Source: Macrostomum hystrix
Taxonomy: Eukaryota; Animalia; Platyhelminthes
Reading direction: 5' to 3'
NCBI GenBank assembly: GCA_950097015.1
Contig: CATNEN010000001.1
Location: 14,632,001 to 14,696,000, forward strand
DNA: 64,000 nt
The notes beneath the pieces were generated by a model. The model saw only the letters and a list, made by a program, of their open reading frames with translations, was not told the origin of the DNA and did no database searches. This document shows positions 35,228 through 48,194 of the stretch, piece after piece. The position numbers and the translations under genes were made by a program. Every line of letters begins with the position of its first letter. Position 1 is the first letter of the stretch.

Positions 35228-38200
35228 CTAGAGCTGCGGTGTCGCGCAGGGGGATCCGGTGGTGCCGGCGTCCGCAGCGCGGTCCTCCTCCGGAGTGTCC
35301 AGGAGGTGGAGGGTTGCTCGCCCGGTGGCCCTCAGGTATCGGACGAGCTGGCAGATGTTCTCAGGCCTGAAAACGTCGGGGAGATCCGGGTTTGGGCCGA
35401 GATAGGTGAGCCGGTCCTGAGTGAAGGCGGGGCAGTCGCAAATAAAATGCTCTGCATCCTCAACATAGGAGAGGCAGAAGGGGCATTCCTCACTGCGGAT
35501 TTTGCCTTGCAGGAAGCGGTGCCTGGCGAAACAGCCATGGCCAGAGAGGGCCATGGTGACTGCCCTGATGTCCTTGCGGTTCAGTCCAAGCAAGGCTTTG
35601 CGAAGGGCAGTGGAGGGACAAGGGACAGCAGCGCGAGACTGCCGACAATCGGCGGTATTGATCCATCTGTCCTTGTGCTTTGAGGTCACCCACTGGTTAA
35701 TCCGAGTGTTGACGACGGCGGTAGGGGTGGAGACCGCAGGCACGGGGCCAAAAAGCGAACCCGTCGAACCGGCCTTGGCGAGGCTGTCGGCCAATTCGTT
35801 ACCAGGGTGGCCAGAGTGCCCTGGAATCCACCTTAGGGACACCTTGTTGTGGGTCCCTAAGCGGTTGAGTTGCGCGACGCAGTCAAGGACTGTGCGCGAG
35901 CAGGTGTGCGTGCGTCCAAGGGCATGGATCGCCGCCTGGCTGTCCGAGTGGAGGAAGATTTCTGCTCCATGGACGTTTTGGTAGATCAGCTCCAGGGCGC
36001 AGGAGCTGATGGCCAGAACTTCGTTCTGGAAAACAGTAGAGTTTATGCCGGTGTGCTGGGAGAAGGTCGCCACAGTTTTCCCTCCGGACATAATGCAGTA
36101 GCCGAAACCAGAGACCGAGTTGATTTGCGATCCGTCGGTGAAGCAGTGAATTTCACGGGGTTGGCCGTGGTCACGTACTTCCTGGCGAGGCGGAATGCTG
36201 GTTTTGAATTTTTGCGGTGGGCACAGCGTCGACGGGATTCCGTCGGAGAGAATTTTGAGACCTCCTGCTGCGTCCAGGTCCCGTAGGCTGAGGTCGCCAT
36301 GGGGCTGGAGGTTCCGCTTGCTGAAGGCAAGTTGCTTCCGGATGGAGATACCCGCGTCCAGAAGACGACGAGCCGTCTTCATCGCCTCCCCCTTGATAAA
36401 AAGATCTAAAGGGGGAAGGTCCAGGAAGGCATTCATGCCAGCGAAGGGAGTGGAGGGTGCCGCACTCATGATGGCTCGACAAGCACGGCCCTGCACCTTG
36501 TTTAGGGCCTCCAGGACCCCTTTGGTCTCCAGGGCACTATTCCAGATGAAGCCGGCAAAAGAGATGGCCGGTCTTACAATGGTAGTGTAAATCCACCAGA
36601 GACGGCGGGGGGTGAGGCCCCAGGTGGCGCCGAAGGCTCTGCGAATCTGCGCGAGCGTCGCAAGAGCTTTACGGGTTTTGAATTTGACGTGAGGTGTCCA
36701 GCTCAACCTGTGGTCGAGGATGACACCTAAGCATCTGGTTTGCTTCTCCATGGCGATTGGTTTGTTATAGAGAAGGAGAGGCTCAATCCTCCAGTTTCGT
36801 TTGCTGGTGAACATAATGGCGACGGTCTTGGACTCAGAGAGTTTGAGGCCGCAGCCATTGGCCCAGCGTTCGGCACGGTGGATGAAAGCTTGCAGAAGGT
36901 CTCTAAGGACCGGGGGAGACGGTCCGGCCACGGTGGCGGTGACGTCGTCAGCATAGCCGATTTTTTGGACCGGGTCCGGGTCAGGGCTGCAGAGCAGTTC
37001 GTCCATGACAAGGTTCCAAAGGATCGGACTGAGAACGCCACCCTGCGGGCCTCCCTTCTGGACATTCACAGAACGGGAGTGTCCAAGCAGGTGCGAGGTG
37101 GCAGTTCGGTGAGAGATCATATACATGATCCAGCGGGTGAGGTGCTCGTGCGTAGCCCGGCGTTCCAGGGCTCGCCTAAAGGCTCCGAAGAGCACATTGT
37201 CGAAGGCACCATCAATGTCGAGGAAAAGCGAGAGAGCAAAACCGGTGCCAAGCACGGCGCGCTCCAGCTTGTCGACAATGGCATGCAGAGCACTTTCGAT
37301 GGAACGTCCGGATCGAAAGGCGTGCTGGTTGGCGGAGAGCGGGGAGTTCCTCAGCTCAACGTGAAGGAGGCGCCAAAGAACAAGCCTTTCAAGCAGCTTA
37401 AGAAAGAAAGATGTTAAGCTGATGGGGCGGAAGGCTTTGGCGGAGTGGTAGTCTCCCTTCCCAGGTTTGGGGATGAAGACGATAGTGGCTTCCTGCCAAG
37501 ACCTGGGTACGTACCCGAGGGTGATACAGGCCTTGAACAGGTTGCAAAGGAGGCCGAGGAACCTGTCATTTTTTACCGCTTCATGTAGGAAGGCGGGGTA
37601 AATGTTGTCAGGTCCAGGCGACTTAAAAGGCGAGAAGGAGTTAGCAGCGCGAGCTGTCCGTTCTCTAGTGATAATAGTTGTCGCAAGGATGTGTCCACCC
37701 GGAGTGTGGTCCGGCGGGTCCTGAAGCGGCGCAGTCTGGGGGAAGGCGCTGGCGAGCATGATGTCCAGCGATTCGCCAGGATTCTCAGCAAGCCGGCCGT
37801 CCGGTCTTTTGATCACTGAGAGCTTCGACATTTTGTCAAGAGTGAGCGCTTTTACAACGCGAGAAGTTGGGCGGGCGCCCTCCAGCTCGGAGCAGTATTG
37901 GCGCCACTTTTCGGACTTCGCTTTCCTGGTGTCACGCTTAAAGTCACGAATCGCATTCTGGTAGGCGGTCAGGTCAGCTGGGTCCTTGCTTTTCCGCGCA
38001 ATCCGCTGGAGGGATTTGGCCTTTCGCCGGAGGGTTCCAAGCGCTGGGTTCCACCAGGGAGCGGATTTTTTGCCTTTGTAGGCTTTAAGAGGGCAAGAGG
38101 TTTCATGAGCTGTCAAGATGGTCATGCTGAGTAGATCAGCCAGATCGTCCACTTCTTGACAGGTGGCAGGAACAACGGATTCTAACTGGTTGGTCTGGCG

Positions 38201-38932
38201 CTTCACGGATTCCGCAAAGGCCGTCCAGTCAGTATTCCGGGCGTTCCTTCTCCACAGAATACCAGGCTTGGAGTAGGAGCTTAGCAACCGGAAACGAATG
38301 AAGCGATGGTCAGACAGAGATTCCTCTTCGTCCCACACCTGCCAGTTCCTAATCAGAGGGATCAGGCCCTGAGAGGCGAGGGTGGCGTCAAGGACCTCCG
38401 TCCATCGTCCATTGTCAAAGGTGGGTGTGCCACCCGAGTTGCAGAACTCAATATTGGTGGTGCAGATGTAGGCAAGGAGATCCTCGCCTCTGCAGTTGGA
38501 GGTAACACTGCCCCAGTGGGTCTGGTGGGCATTAATGTCGCCTGCCACCAGCAGTTCAAAGTCGCGGTCTGAGCAGTAGTCCACGAGGGAAGTGAGACTG
38601 GGCGGAACCGCAGGACCGTCACCAGGAATGTATATAGAGGCGATGATGACGGTGCGGTTCGGGAGAATGTGGTTGGTTTGGATGACACAGAGGTCTTTGT
38701 CAGAGAGGTCTGGTCTATACCAAGCTTTAAGATCGGTAGTCGCGAACACAGCAGCCCTGGGGTTTTGGGGCATGAAAAAACAGTCAAAACCAGCAGGAAT
38801 GTTCGGAATCTTACCTTTCTTCGTCCAGGGCTCTTGGAGGAGGATGATGCCCGGTTTTTCGAAGTCCACCACACGCGCCAGGTTGGTCGAGGCCGCGATG
38901 CAGTGGTGCAGGTTCAGCTGCAGGAAGCTCAC
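35228..38932 (-). CDS. LINE ORF2: APE endonuclease, reverse transcriptase, RNase H and CCHC knuckle
   Basis: LQLNLHH..LLQEPW, GDINAH, SDHRFI; [40 protein letters not shown]; [30 protein letters not shown]; CPFC...HFICDCP. Confidence 0.97.
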   Translation of the reverse strand: MSFLQLNLHHCIAASTNLARVVDFEKPGIILLQEPWTKKGKIPNIPAGFDCFFMPQNPRAAVFATTDLKAWYRPDLSDKDLCVIQTNHILPNRTVIIASIYIPGDGPAVPPSLTSLVDYCSDRDFELLVAGDINAHQTHWGSVTSNCRGEDLLAYICTTNIEFCNSGGTPTFDNGRWTEVLDATLASQGLIPLIRNWQVWDEEESLSDHRFIRFRLLSSYSKPGILWRRNARNTDWTAFAESVKRQTNQLESVVPATCQEVDDLADLLSMTILTAHETSCPLKAYKGKKSAPWWNPALGTLRRKAKSLQRIARKSKDPADLTAYQNAIRDFKRDTRKAKSEKWRQYCSELEGARPTSRVVKALTLDKMSKLSVIKRPDGRLAENPGESLDIMLASAFPQTAPLQDPPDHTPGGHILATTIITRERTARAANSFSPFKSPGPDNIYPAFLHEAVKNDRFLGLLCNLFKACITLGYVPRSWQEATIVFIPKPGKGDYHSAKAFRPISLTSFFLKLLERLVLWRLLHVELRNSPLSANQHAFRSGRSIESALHAIVDKLERAVLGTGFALSLFLDIDGAFDNVLFGAFRRALERRATHEHLTRWIMYMISHRTATSHLLGHSRSVNVQKGGPQGGVLSPILWNLVMDELLCSPDPDPVQKIGYADDVTATVAGPSPPVLRDLLQAFIHRAERWANGCGLKLSESKTVAIMFTSKRNWRIEPLLLYNKPIAMEKQTRCLGVILDHRLSWTPHVKFKTRKALATLAQIRRAFGATWGLTPRRLWWIYTTIVRPAISFAGFIWNSALETKGVLEALNKVQGRACRAIMSAAPSTPFAGMNAFLDLPPLDLFIKGEAMKTARRLLDAGISIRKQLAFSKRNLQPHGDLSLRDLDAAGGLKILSDGIPSTLCPPQKFKTSIPPRQEVRDHGQPREIHCFTDGSQINSVSGFGYCIMSGGKTVATFSQHTGINSTVFQNEVLAISSCALELIYQNVHGAEIFLHSDSQAAIHALGRTHTCSRTVLDCVAQLNRLGTHNKVSLRWIPGHSGHPGNELADSLAKAGSTGSLFGPVPAVSTPTAVVNTRINQWVTSKHKDRWINTADCRQSRAAVPCPSTALRKALLGLNRKDIRAVTMALSGHGCFARHRFLQGKIRSEECPFCLSYVEDAEHFICDCPAFTQDRLTYLGPNPDLPDVFRPENICQLVRYLRATGRATLHLLDTPEEDRAADAGTTGSPCATPQL

Positions 38933-38967
38933 CCCAGGAGGGGCGGTCCGTGCGGCTATCTGCTGGC

Positions 38968-40455
38968 CTACGGCGAGTTGTTCAGGAGCGATTCCTCGTC
39001 CTCGCCGGTGTTTTGCCCGAGCTCCATCGGTTCCTCCTGAATCGGATCCAGAGTTGAGGCCGGGGCTGCCGCAACAGCGGCGTCCGTGTCCTCAACCCGG
39101 TTTTCCGCTGGGGGTTCCGATGAAACATTGGGCCGGGTGGTGCTGCGGTGGCGTCCACTGTTGGGGTCCGACAGCTGTCTGGCGCGCTGAGTCAAGCCAG
39201 CACGGATGGTGTTGCGGGCGGGTTTCCGGCCCTTACCACGTCCGCCTGTCGTTGCGGCTCGCGCGGCTTTGCCCCTGATAGGGTCCGCATCCTCGGAGTG
39301 GTCGTGACGATCAGGAGTCTGTGTTCCAGGGCGCAGGGGCCCGGCAGAGCTCTGGTTCGTCCGTTTCCGCTTTTCCGGGGGCGGCGGGCGAGTGGCGTCG
39401 GACTCGAAGCTGAAAATCTGCATTCGAGTGAGGCCTGCACTGATGTAGGACATGTCTGGGCAGCGGAGCATCCAGCTGTCCGACAATCCTAGGATGGCCG
39501 TGAAACCGTCTCCACCAGGTCTGGTGATGGTTTCATGAACCACGACACCGTTTGCTGGCAGATCCGGGTGGATTGCCAACAGCAGGCGGCGCAGTTCTCC
39601 GGCGTTGGTGATGGCGCTGCGAGCTGGAATCCAAACACGATGACGGTGTGTCTGGGGGCGCTCGTCCTCCCTGTAGATAAACAGGTTGCCCATTTCCGTG
39701 CCCCAGTCGAAGGATTTCAGCATCTCGAGGAGTTGCTGTCCGGACTGGTTGTCGGCAGGCTGGACAATGAGGGCTTGGTCCTGGATGTCGGTCTTCAGGA
39801 CGTGCAGTACAGTGCCGCTCAGTGCCAGTTTGACCAGATGGGAGTCCAATCTGCGCCAGATCTGGTCGAGTTGCGCTGTTGTGAGGGGCGTCTCCTGGCC
39901 TCGGATAACCAAGGCCGGCTGCCTCTTTGCCATAGCAGCGTAAGTGCGCTTTGGCCTTGTGGTTTGGCCGGCGCCTCCCGCAACGGGCCCCCCAGCAGTC
40001 GTCGGAGTTTCCGGATGACTGTGAGAGGTTCCGCCGCGAGAGGAACCGGATGCCCCAGAGGCCTGGGCGGCACTTTTCCGCGCTTCCGGATTTCCCGGAC
40101 GGCGCGAGGAGTCCGCCTCCTTGTTGGGTGCCGGTTCCTCCGCGATGTTCGCAGAGTTGCCGGCCCCCTCCTCGGGGGCGGTGGTTGGCGCGGATTTCGC
40201 AGCCAACCGTACTTCCTGTTTTCGCCGCCGGAATTCCTGGAGGCGGGCGAGGCTGCGGGCTTGCGTGGAAGGGGAGCGTTTGCTCTTTGATCCAGCCGCT
40301 CTGGTGTTTTCCTGAGTGGCGGAGGAGCAGGATGAATTTTGGGCGCCGGTGGAACCGGTGTCGCCCTGGCGCTGGTCCTGAGGATCTGCGTCGCCGGCCG
40401 GGGTCGGCGTTTCAGCAGGGTCCTGGGACGTGCTGGAGCTGTAGTGGGACTCCAT
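38968..40455 (-). CDS. LINE ORF1 (LOA-type, DUF4780-like)
   Basis: 495-aa ORF directly upstream of ORF2; TYAAMAK and HRVWIP...LLAIHPDLP motifs typical of LOA-group ORF1. Confidence 0.85.
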   Translation of the reverse strand: MESHYSSSTSQDPAETPTPAGDADPQDQRQGDTGSTGAQNSSCSSATQENTRAAGSKSKRSPSTQARSLARLQEFRRRKQEVRLAAKSAPTTAPEEGAGNSANIAEEPAPNKEADSSRRPGNPEARKSAAQASGASGSSRGGTSHSHPETPTTAGGPVAGGAGQTTRPKRTYAAMAKRQPALVIRGQETPLTTAQLDQIWRRLDSHLVKLALSGTVLHVLKTDIQDQALIVQPADNQSGQQLLEMLKSFDWGTEMGNLFIYREDERPQTHRHRVWIPARSAITNAGELRRLLLAIHPDLPANGVVVHETITRPGGDGFTAILGLSDSWMLRCPDMSYISAGLTRMQIFSFESDATRPPPPEKRKRTNQSSAGPLRPGTQTPDRHDHSEDADPIRGKAARAATTGGRGKGRKPARNTIRAGLTQRARQLSDPNSGRHRSTTRPNVSSEPPAENRVEDTDAAVAAAPASTLDPIQEEPMELGQNTGEDEESLLNNSP

Positions 40456-40584
40456 AGGTCGCTGGAAAAAGAGAAAGAAGAGAATAAAAATAAAAACCGC
40501 TAATGGCCGGATAGACTCCCCGGACCTTTCAGCCCCTCAGCGCGGTGAGACCTTAGGCATAAGAGGACACCTAAAGCAGTGCCA

Positions 40585-41245
40585 GGCCCGCAGACTGGCT
40601 GCGTACCCTGTTGAGGTCGAAGGGTGACACCTGTCCCTCAGAGCCGTAGCCAGAGGTACCTGATCACGCACAGGTGCACGAGCGCTGCGGACTGGCCGCA
40701 TACCCTGTTAAGGTCAAAGGGTGACACCCTTCCCTCAGAGCCGTAGCCAGAGGTACCTGATCACGCACAGGTGCGCGAGACGCTGCGGACTGGCCGCATA
40801 CCCTGTTAAGGTCAAAGGGTGACACCTTTCCCTCAGAGCCGTAGCCAGAGGCACCTGATCACGCACAGGTGCACGAAAACTGCGGACTGGCCGCATACCC
40901 TGTTAAGGTCAAAGGGTGACACCTTTCCCTCAGAGCCGTAGCCAGAGGTACCTGATCACGCACAGGTGCGCGAGACGCTGCGGACTGGCCGCATACCCTG
41001 TCAAGGTCAAAGGGTAACACCTCTCCCTCAGAGCCGTAGCCAGAGGTACCTGATCACGCACAGGTGCGCGAGACGCTGCGGACTGGCCGCATACCCTGTC
41101 AAGGTCAAAGGGTAACACCTCTCCCTCAGAGCCGTAGCCAGAGGTACCTGATCACGCACAGGTGCACGAAAGCTGCGGACTCGCCGCATACCCTGTTAAG
41201 GTCAAAGGGTGACACCTTTCCCTCCAGCCAGGGCTAGAGGTACCC
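40585..41245 (-). repeat. ~97-98-bp tandem monomers (~6.5 copies) in the LINE 5'UTR
   Basis: ccctcagagccgtagccagaggtacctgatcacgcacagg... at ~40635, 40732, 40830, 40927, 41025, 41123. Confidence 0.95.
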
Positions 41246-42063
41246 AGTTTGGCCAGAGGCCCTGGATGGGTCATCCAGCGCTGTTGCCCATTCTGTCCGG
41301 CTGCCCTAGGGTCAGCCTTGAACACTCGCGGGACGTGTACCCATGGGTCAGCTGACGGGACAGCGTGGAGGGATCCCTGCACCCGGAGGTACAGGGCTCC
41401 TTCCTGCCAGGCCTGCTCAAAAAACGACTGCAGGTGTGAGGCATCGCAGACCTTAGCCCGTAGGCCTGGTCTGACTCATACCACACAGGCATTGTGTCCC
41501 GCCGGTGCGAGCCATGCTTAGCTTTGCAGAATGACTTGATATAAAACCTGGCTATAGTATTAGCATTTACACTCCGACTAACAATCGAAAACTCAAGAGA
41601 TTCCCGTCCTTCGCATCTGTCCAAGTAATGGGCTTTCCTGTCATTCCCGGTAGTTATGTTGCTACTCCATACTCCCTAATAGATATGATATTGCCAAACT
41701 TCAGTCCAAGGTAAAAATTGCCCGTATTTTAGGGAATACCACCAAGACAGATGTTGCGCCTCAAACCGAAACATCCTCTATATTTCTTGCTCCTTAACAG
41801 GTCTCTATGTAGAGCACGCTTGAACTAAGCCTTATCGCTTATCATTCTCGGCAGTTACTTTGCTTTTCAATATCTTAGTCTTGTCTCTGACAGGTACGTG
41901 TGAGTTCATACAGTGAGTTTATACGACTGAGTTACATACGAGTTTATGCTTGCAACTCTGTGAGTTTTTACATTTGTACATTTATGTCTGTAGTCAAATT
42001 GATGCAAAACATTAACAGTCAAAATTACATTTGCTGACAAGGGTGGAACAGAATGCGATTCCG

Positions 42064-43000
42064 CTACTCAACACCAGAGAGAGGAATCACCAGCCATGCC
42101 TTTCCGGTCTTGCGCGGGAACAGAAAGCACTTCCTGTGGGGAGTGCCAGTAACAAAAGATCGTGTTTTACAATAGACTCCGATACCCAGTTTTGAGGACG
42201 GATATGGATAGTCATACAAGTCATTTTGCAGCGACAGAATATTGCCAGTTACTTGGTCACCAAAAACAAAAGTAATCCGAACAACTGAGCCATTCACGAT
42301 GCAACAGTTGTCGGGCATCTTAGCAGAGTACTTAAGGGGCTGAATTGGATTGCTGAGTAGTAAGTCGCGAAGTGAAAGCATTTGATACAAAGCGCGTTAC
42401 TCGAAGGCGACCCTTTAAGTGAGAGAGGTAGTTCTCATATGGAAAGGCCGAAAACTTGGACAAATTTCCAAGTTGCCTCGCGTATTGAAACAAGTGCAAA
42501 ATAACGTGAGCATTGAGTCATGAAACTGTTGCCGTACAGTTGAGCTGCGTCATACACAAAAAGTTTCATGGCAGATTCAGCGGCATCAAGAAGTTCAGGC
42601 TGTAGGCTATCAGAACAAAGAACATAACAGGCAAAGTGAAATAGAAGAAAATGCTTGTACAACTCTGCTGGCAGAAATTTGCGAAAAAAATACAGGCCCA
42701 CATACAAAGTCCACGTGCGGAACTCGCTAGCTTTGAAATGTCCGAAATTTGTCGGTGTATATAGCGCACGTGATTCGTCAAAATCAGAAAGTGCGGAAAC
42801 TTGATCCGGCCTAATTTTGCACCGCCGTCCGTCATCCACCGCAAAGAGAAAGGTGAAAAGACGCCTAGCGACGCCTAGAAAGAGCAGGTGCATTGGCAAG
42901 CATCAGGTAAGCATCAGGTAGTTGCAAGCTTAGCAGTAACAGGAGCGGACTTGGTTCATGCCGCTGGTTGGATTCCCTGTAGTTGTTGGCGATAAAGACT
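42064..43000 (-). pseudogene. CMC/EnSpm-type DDE transposase, C-terminal part, frameshifted
   Basis: PMHLLFLGV, FKASEFRTWTLYVG, LYG..FM..NVH...HL, FSAFPYENY, DNCC, DLYDYPYPSSKLGI and KC...VIPL. Confidence 0.9.
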
Positions 43001-43012
43001 AGTATTGTATAT

Positions 43013-43273
43013 AAAAAAAAAATAAATAATAATTAATTACACCTGCCCCAATCGGGTCAGATGTGCAGCGGACAGCACAGCCGCAGCTAATGCGCGGCGC
43101 ATCTGAAGGCTGCGTACGGCTGTTCAGTCCATGGACTGGGGGGACGCCACACCCACCTTCAATTACCCCAGCTAATGCTGGTACCCCTTTAACAGCTGGG
43201 TGAACTGAAGCACTGCAGAGTTAAGTGTCTTGCTAAGGGACACAATTGGTTTCAGTGGAGTCCGGAATCGAAC
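43013..43273 (-). mobile_element. 5'-truncated tRNA-derived CORE-like SINE
   Basis: Minus strand starts at B-box gttcgattcc, then tgtgtcccttagcaagacacttaac...cagttcacccagctgttaaagggg (CORE-like); AT-rich tail; 10-bp TSD tattgtatat (43003-43012 and 43274-43283). Confidence 0.8.
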
Positions 43274-43329
43274 TATTGTATATTATTGTACGAGTATATT
43301 GTATATATTAAGTATGTGAATCATTTTTG

Positions 43330-44243
43330 AGATTTAAATTGACGGACATAGACAGTCTGAATCGGAATCACACTTCTTTAGTTGCCATATCCCGATACAC
43401 CGATTTGCACATTTATATGATAACTGATTCACGTATTGAGACAACGTCAGGTCAGGTCTTTAGTCTTTTGTCCGCCATTGTCTTTTGACAACATTGAGTG
43501 AACGGACGGGTTGATAAGTACGAGATAAGTTTGTAACTAAGCAAGTATATTTGCGAATTACAAATCAATAAGATTGTGAATGGATCAGTGAGTCTAAATG
43601 ATTGAAAAGTGAGTCTACAAATGAGTGAATGCAGAAATATTATTTTAAAACCTTACCATCAGCTACTTCCTGATGGAATGAGATGCTCGGTGAACGCTGA
43701 ATGTCTGATGGCCCCGAGCATTTTGGCACAGTAGTGGCGTCATCATCTGTGAATGTAAGCAGAGTGAGTGGTGGGGAAATAAATTAGACTCAAAATCTGT
43801 TTGTAAATCTGCTAGTAATTAATTAAGTCTGTGAATGAATTGAACAGTGAGTCTGTGATTGAATGAACCTGTGAGTCTGTAAATGAATTGAACAGGGAGT
43901 CTGTGAATCAATTGAACAGTAAGTATGTGAATGAATGAACCAGTGAGTCTGCGAAATTCTATGAATCCGTGAGTTTTTAAATACGTGTTTTTATGTAACC
44001 AATTTAGTCTAAGTATTATAAACTTTTTCCATCAACAATAACAATCGGAGATTCCATGGCGCCGGTTGAATGCAGGTGGTTCTCCTAGTCCTCCATCAGT
44101 ATTTGAGGTGTGGATCAGTGTTGTTGTGCTGCTTAATCTCTGCAGCTGCGGTCGATCAGGCAGAGGAGCTGCTTTGGAGCCCACATTCCTCCGATTTAAT
44201 GCCTCGGAAGCTTCCCTCTCGCTCTCCGAGGTAGTAATGTTCT
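43330..44243 (-). pseudogene. Decayed exons of a second DUF4806-like accessory gene
   Basis: GGQKTKDLT*RCLNT*IS...GVSGYGN*KK at ~43480-43370; GT-AG-bounded segments ~43748-43657 and ~44243-44030. Confidence 0.35.
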
Positions 44244-44968
44244 GTTTTAATTTTAGAAGGAAATGTAATAGGCAGTGTAATGACTTCTGTTAGAAGTCAA
44301 AACGAACTCCAATTCCAAGTGTCTCGGCTCTCGCTGGCAGCGGACAGAAAAGGAGGAACAGAAGAGTGTGTGGAGCCCAACCAGTCATGCTCAACATTAT
44401 ATTTGAGGGCTCTGGACCCAAGACAAAGCAGGCTACAGCAAGCGGAGAAGGCATGTGAACTTACAACGGGAACTCGGTGCGCAGTGAGTTGAGAAGCGTA
44501 CAGCGCCCATGAGTCAGTCAGTGGCCCCCACACTCAGTCTATGGCCGCGGGCTAGCCCGCCCCAGCTCATGCGTTTATTATGCGCCCAGTCAGGGTGCGC
44601 TCATGGTGAGGTGAGCTGGGCTAGCCGATCGCAGCTCATGGGCCCAGCCAGGGTGCGCTCCTGGTGAGGTGAGCTGGGCTTGCCGATCGCAGCTCATGGG
44701 CCTCGGATATGGGATAGAAGGAAGGTGACGTTGGGCCAGCCAACCAAAAGCATGATTGCCATGCAAGACAAAAAGTTTTTCAAAACATATAGGCTATCCT
44801 ACTGTATGTGATTCCTATGGTGCTTCGAGTCTACTGTATAGTGCTGATATTTATACAAATCAGCGTTAGACCGCTTTTTTTCTTACTCAGCCTGGATTAA
44901 GAAATGAGTAGGCTTATATGATGTTCTTTTTGTTCTGCAAAACATATAATCACTAATTAAAAAAAAAT

Positions 44969-45028
44969 GAGTCGAACCAACGACCCGCAGTTGTCAGGCT
45001 GACGTGCTACCAGTTTCACCACATGACA
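44969..45028 (-). other. tRNA-like SINE head or tRNA pseudogene fragment
   Basis: Minus strand gtggtgaaactggtagcacg...ggttcgactc (A and B boxes); no 3' acceptor strand. Confidence 0.45.
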
Positions 45029-45938
45029 TTGCCCATATACTACGAAGAATTACTATTTATTAGTATATTCTTTCGTTCGAATTCTTTTTTGGCTGCAGGC
45101 TGCAGCTTGTGCTTACTTATTTTAAGCAATGGCCATCGTAGCGATCAAATTCGCAACGCAATATTAGCAACGCAAGCAAATATATCGCGATCTAGCAAAT
45201 CGCTCCATTTTCTAACGACGGGTCCACCAGGTCCCCAAATTTTATCTGCGAAGCTTCAAAAACCAAAAGGGTGAACGTCAATATTACAAATACTCAGAAA
45301 AAGTCAAAATTATTAGCACCCGTAACGAAAGTCATCGATTTATCGTTGCACCAAACATTCTACTTATTTTTGTCATTACATGTAATCCATAAAGTTTTAA
45401 ATAAAGACGAGCAAGGCAGAAATCATTAAATAGTTATTTTTAAAGCATAAAAGTAACTTAAAAGAAAGGTTGAAGCAAAAAAAGCTCGCTAAAAGAATTT
45501 TTTAAACACATACTGCACAAAAACGGCAAAACAGCGTTTAAATTTTGTAGGGTACGAAGTGCAATGCTTTACTATTCCTCACACCAGTATCTAAATGTTT
45601 TACTTTGTTTAGAGTTACCTAAAGTTTCCGGAACATTTAACCTTTTCGACAGAAATCAACATGATAAATAATTGACCATTTTATAAATATACGAGAAATA
45701 TACACTCGTAATTATTGCAAAGTCATTGCATTCTGTCGCAAAAAGCAGTATAATCGCACGAGTTCAACCTACTGAAACATCGATTTAGTTAATTCATCTA
45801 CAAATATAATATATATATTTTTAATAAAAGTGTCTGAGCTTTCGTGTTCTGCTACAAAGTAGGGAAACCGTGAGACTGTCTGGTATTTCAGGTCTTAATT
45901 TAATAATTCTCGAAAAACCAAGGTATTCCAGATAATTA

Positions 45939-48194
45939 GCTACGAAAGATGTTGAAGATGTTGAATGGGTAGATTTTGACAGCTTTGCTGAGAAATACAG
46001 AGGTAGTTACGAGAAGCATTTTCTCTTAAATCTGTGTTCCTCTTGCTATGAGCACGAAGGTGTATATCGATGTGTTACTTGTCGACTTAGCTTATGTGCC
46101 AGCTGTAAGAATGAGACGCATAAAAAGTTTTCAGCCCACAAGTTTCTCATATGGAATAAGGAGAGTCTAATGTTTCAGGAACTGGATGCTACTCACGATG
46201 CTTTTGAAATGTTTTGCTGCGCTTCTAGTAAATTGAATCTAAATGTCTGTGCGGCTTCAAAAGTTGACCTTATAGATCTGGCTGGAAGCGTAAAGGTCAT
46301 TTTTATTACCTGCGACTCCTGTGATCTTATTGGTGCACTCCTTTCCCAGGGTTCTTCCCTTATAGCGAAGGGTCAAAGCCTGATTCAGATGGGTATGCAT
46401 TCTTTTCTTTTACCTTTTTGTCCCTGCTAGACAGTTTGTGTATGACTGGGCAGTTGCCTGTTCACAGAGCGGTCAGTACACTGCTCATTGGGCCAACTCT
46501 GGGACAAGGTACATATAATTTGGCTCTTGTAAAAAAGCACTTATCAACGCATTCAACGACATGATGTTTTGCTGCGGTTTCGCCACCTGCAAATGGCCTC
46601 AGCAAAATGGCCAAATAATTGTCTTCTCTGTGCAGATAATCACGCTGTGCGCAAAACTGTTGTCTGTGCAGATGCTCTATTTGGTTGGCAGCGCTTTAAA
46701 GCCAGGGGGCGTACACAACTGGAAATACCATCAGATGGTCGTCCATTACCTACGCCGCTTGTCTATGTAGATATTACAGCGGATGTGCCAAAAAATCGAG
46801 CAGAGGAACAGAATTGTCCTAATTGGAAGGCCGGTGCTCATGAACCATTAAGTCGTGAGCAGAGACATGATGTCACGGGTTTCTTTGGATTATTCTGTCG
46901 TCACAATCGCCTTTTGTGTGGCTCAAATATCACAACTGGTGGTGAAAAGTTTTGCTACCTGGAACAGTGCCTTGAACACTTTCTGCGAAACGCCAAAGTG
47001 TCTAAGGAATTACTTGTCGTATATGACGTGGGTAAGTTTATTATTATTTTATAAAATGCATACAATCTATGAAATACTGTTGCTTGTGTACAGTTATATA
47101 ACAACATGACTTACTCTTTATCCCAATTCACAGGCTGTCGCGTATCCAGCCGGGTAACGTCCGCTATTGCGAAGTCTGGTGCCAACATTCAAGCGAGTAG
47201 CTGTGCAATAAACGCTTTTCATGCTCTTGGTCACCTGCCCGGTTGTCAAAAAAAGTTTTCTGTTCGCGTTACTCCAGGCGCAGGTCTATGCGATGGAGAC
47301 AATACTGAGCGAGCCTGGTCTCAACTCAGGCCGTTCGGTAAGTTTTTAAAGTACATGCGAAAAGACCGACGAGCGCAATACATGGCGCATATTCTATACT
47401 TCTTTAATGCACAACAGCTTCTTAGCGCTTCTGGGTGGTTTACACAACGTATTAAGCTTATGGTAGGTGCGGGAAAAAGCATTCTAAGTGAGCTAAAAGA
47501 GCTACAAAGCCAGTCTGCGATTTTGCAGCTCTCGGGGGTCCTAAATGACAGTCTGGTCATCTCTGAGGATGAAATTTTGGATTTAGGCTCCCAATGGTAT
47601 GAAGATTCCCTCCGAGTAGCTGTACACAACTCGGAAGATGATATCCTATGTGAGCTACGCGCTCTTGCAGTGCACAGAGATCATTGGAGTAAACAGGTTG
47701 GTAAGTCAGTTGGCCAAAGTCAAACTAGAATGTGCTTGCGAAAGGTTAAAAGTTATGCATCCGACATGAAAAATCTCTACGCTCGTCTTCCAATTGAAGA
47801 CAGAGCTTCTTTCGATGAATATAAAAAACCGCGTAGTGCGAAATATGAACATTTGTCTGGAACCGACCTTTCCATCCGATTTAGTCAGCGGGCTATAGAC
47901 GTCAGTAACAAGTATAAACGCCTAAAAGAAGAAGCGCATATTATTTCAGATGAGTGGGTTGACCTTCAGGTTAATTTGCAGAGCTTCTGTGATGACTTAG
48001 CGAATCAGCCGGGCTTAGCCGCTCAATTTCGGGATTTGTTTAGAAGACTGCTTGAAGATGTTTCAAGTAAAAGCGTGACTGATGCTGTAAAATATATTCT
48101 TGCGAATAAGTTCTCCCTAAGCACGCTGAGTCAGAGCGCTAATGAAGCAGTTGCTTCAGAAGATTCGGGGTCTTCTGATAGCGACTTCGATTAA
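45939..48194 (+). pseudogene. KDZ (Kyakuja-Dileera-Zisupton) transposase with N-terminal Zn clusters, spliced, with frameshifts in the 5' half
   Basis: CSSC...RCVTC..LCASC...H....H; ADALFG; CPNWKAG; GFFGLFCRH...GEKFCY; YDVG|C across intron 47032-47133; FHALGHLPGCQ; GAGLCDGDNTERAWSQL...KYM. Confidence 0.9.

Larger units (their letters stand above)
35138..41512 (-). mobile_element. Full-length LOA/R1-group non-LTR retrotransposon
   Basis: 14-bp TSD catgcttagctttg at 35124-35137 and 41513-41526; two uninterrupted ORFs; short taagtcaag-type 3' tail. Confidence 0.95.

Noticed and set aside
35059-40457. Numerous plus-strand and alternate-frame ORFs
   Set aside because: Shadow ORFs of the GC-rich LINE ORF1 and ORF2.
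41430-41512. HDV-like ribozyme at the LINE 5' end (gctaa followed by a P2-like pairing)
   Set aside because: Only 10 nt lie between the pairing strand and gctaa, too short for P3/P1'/P4; it folds as a simple hairpin.
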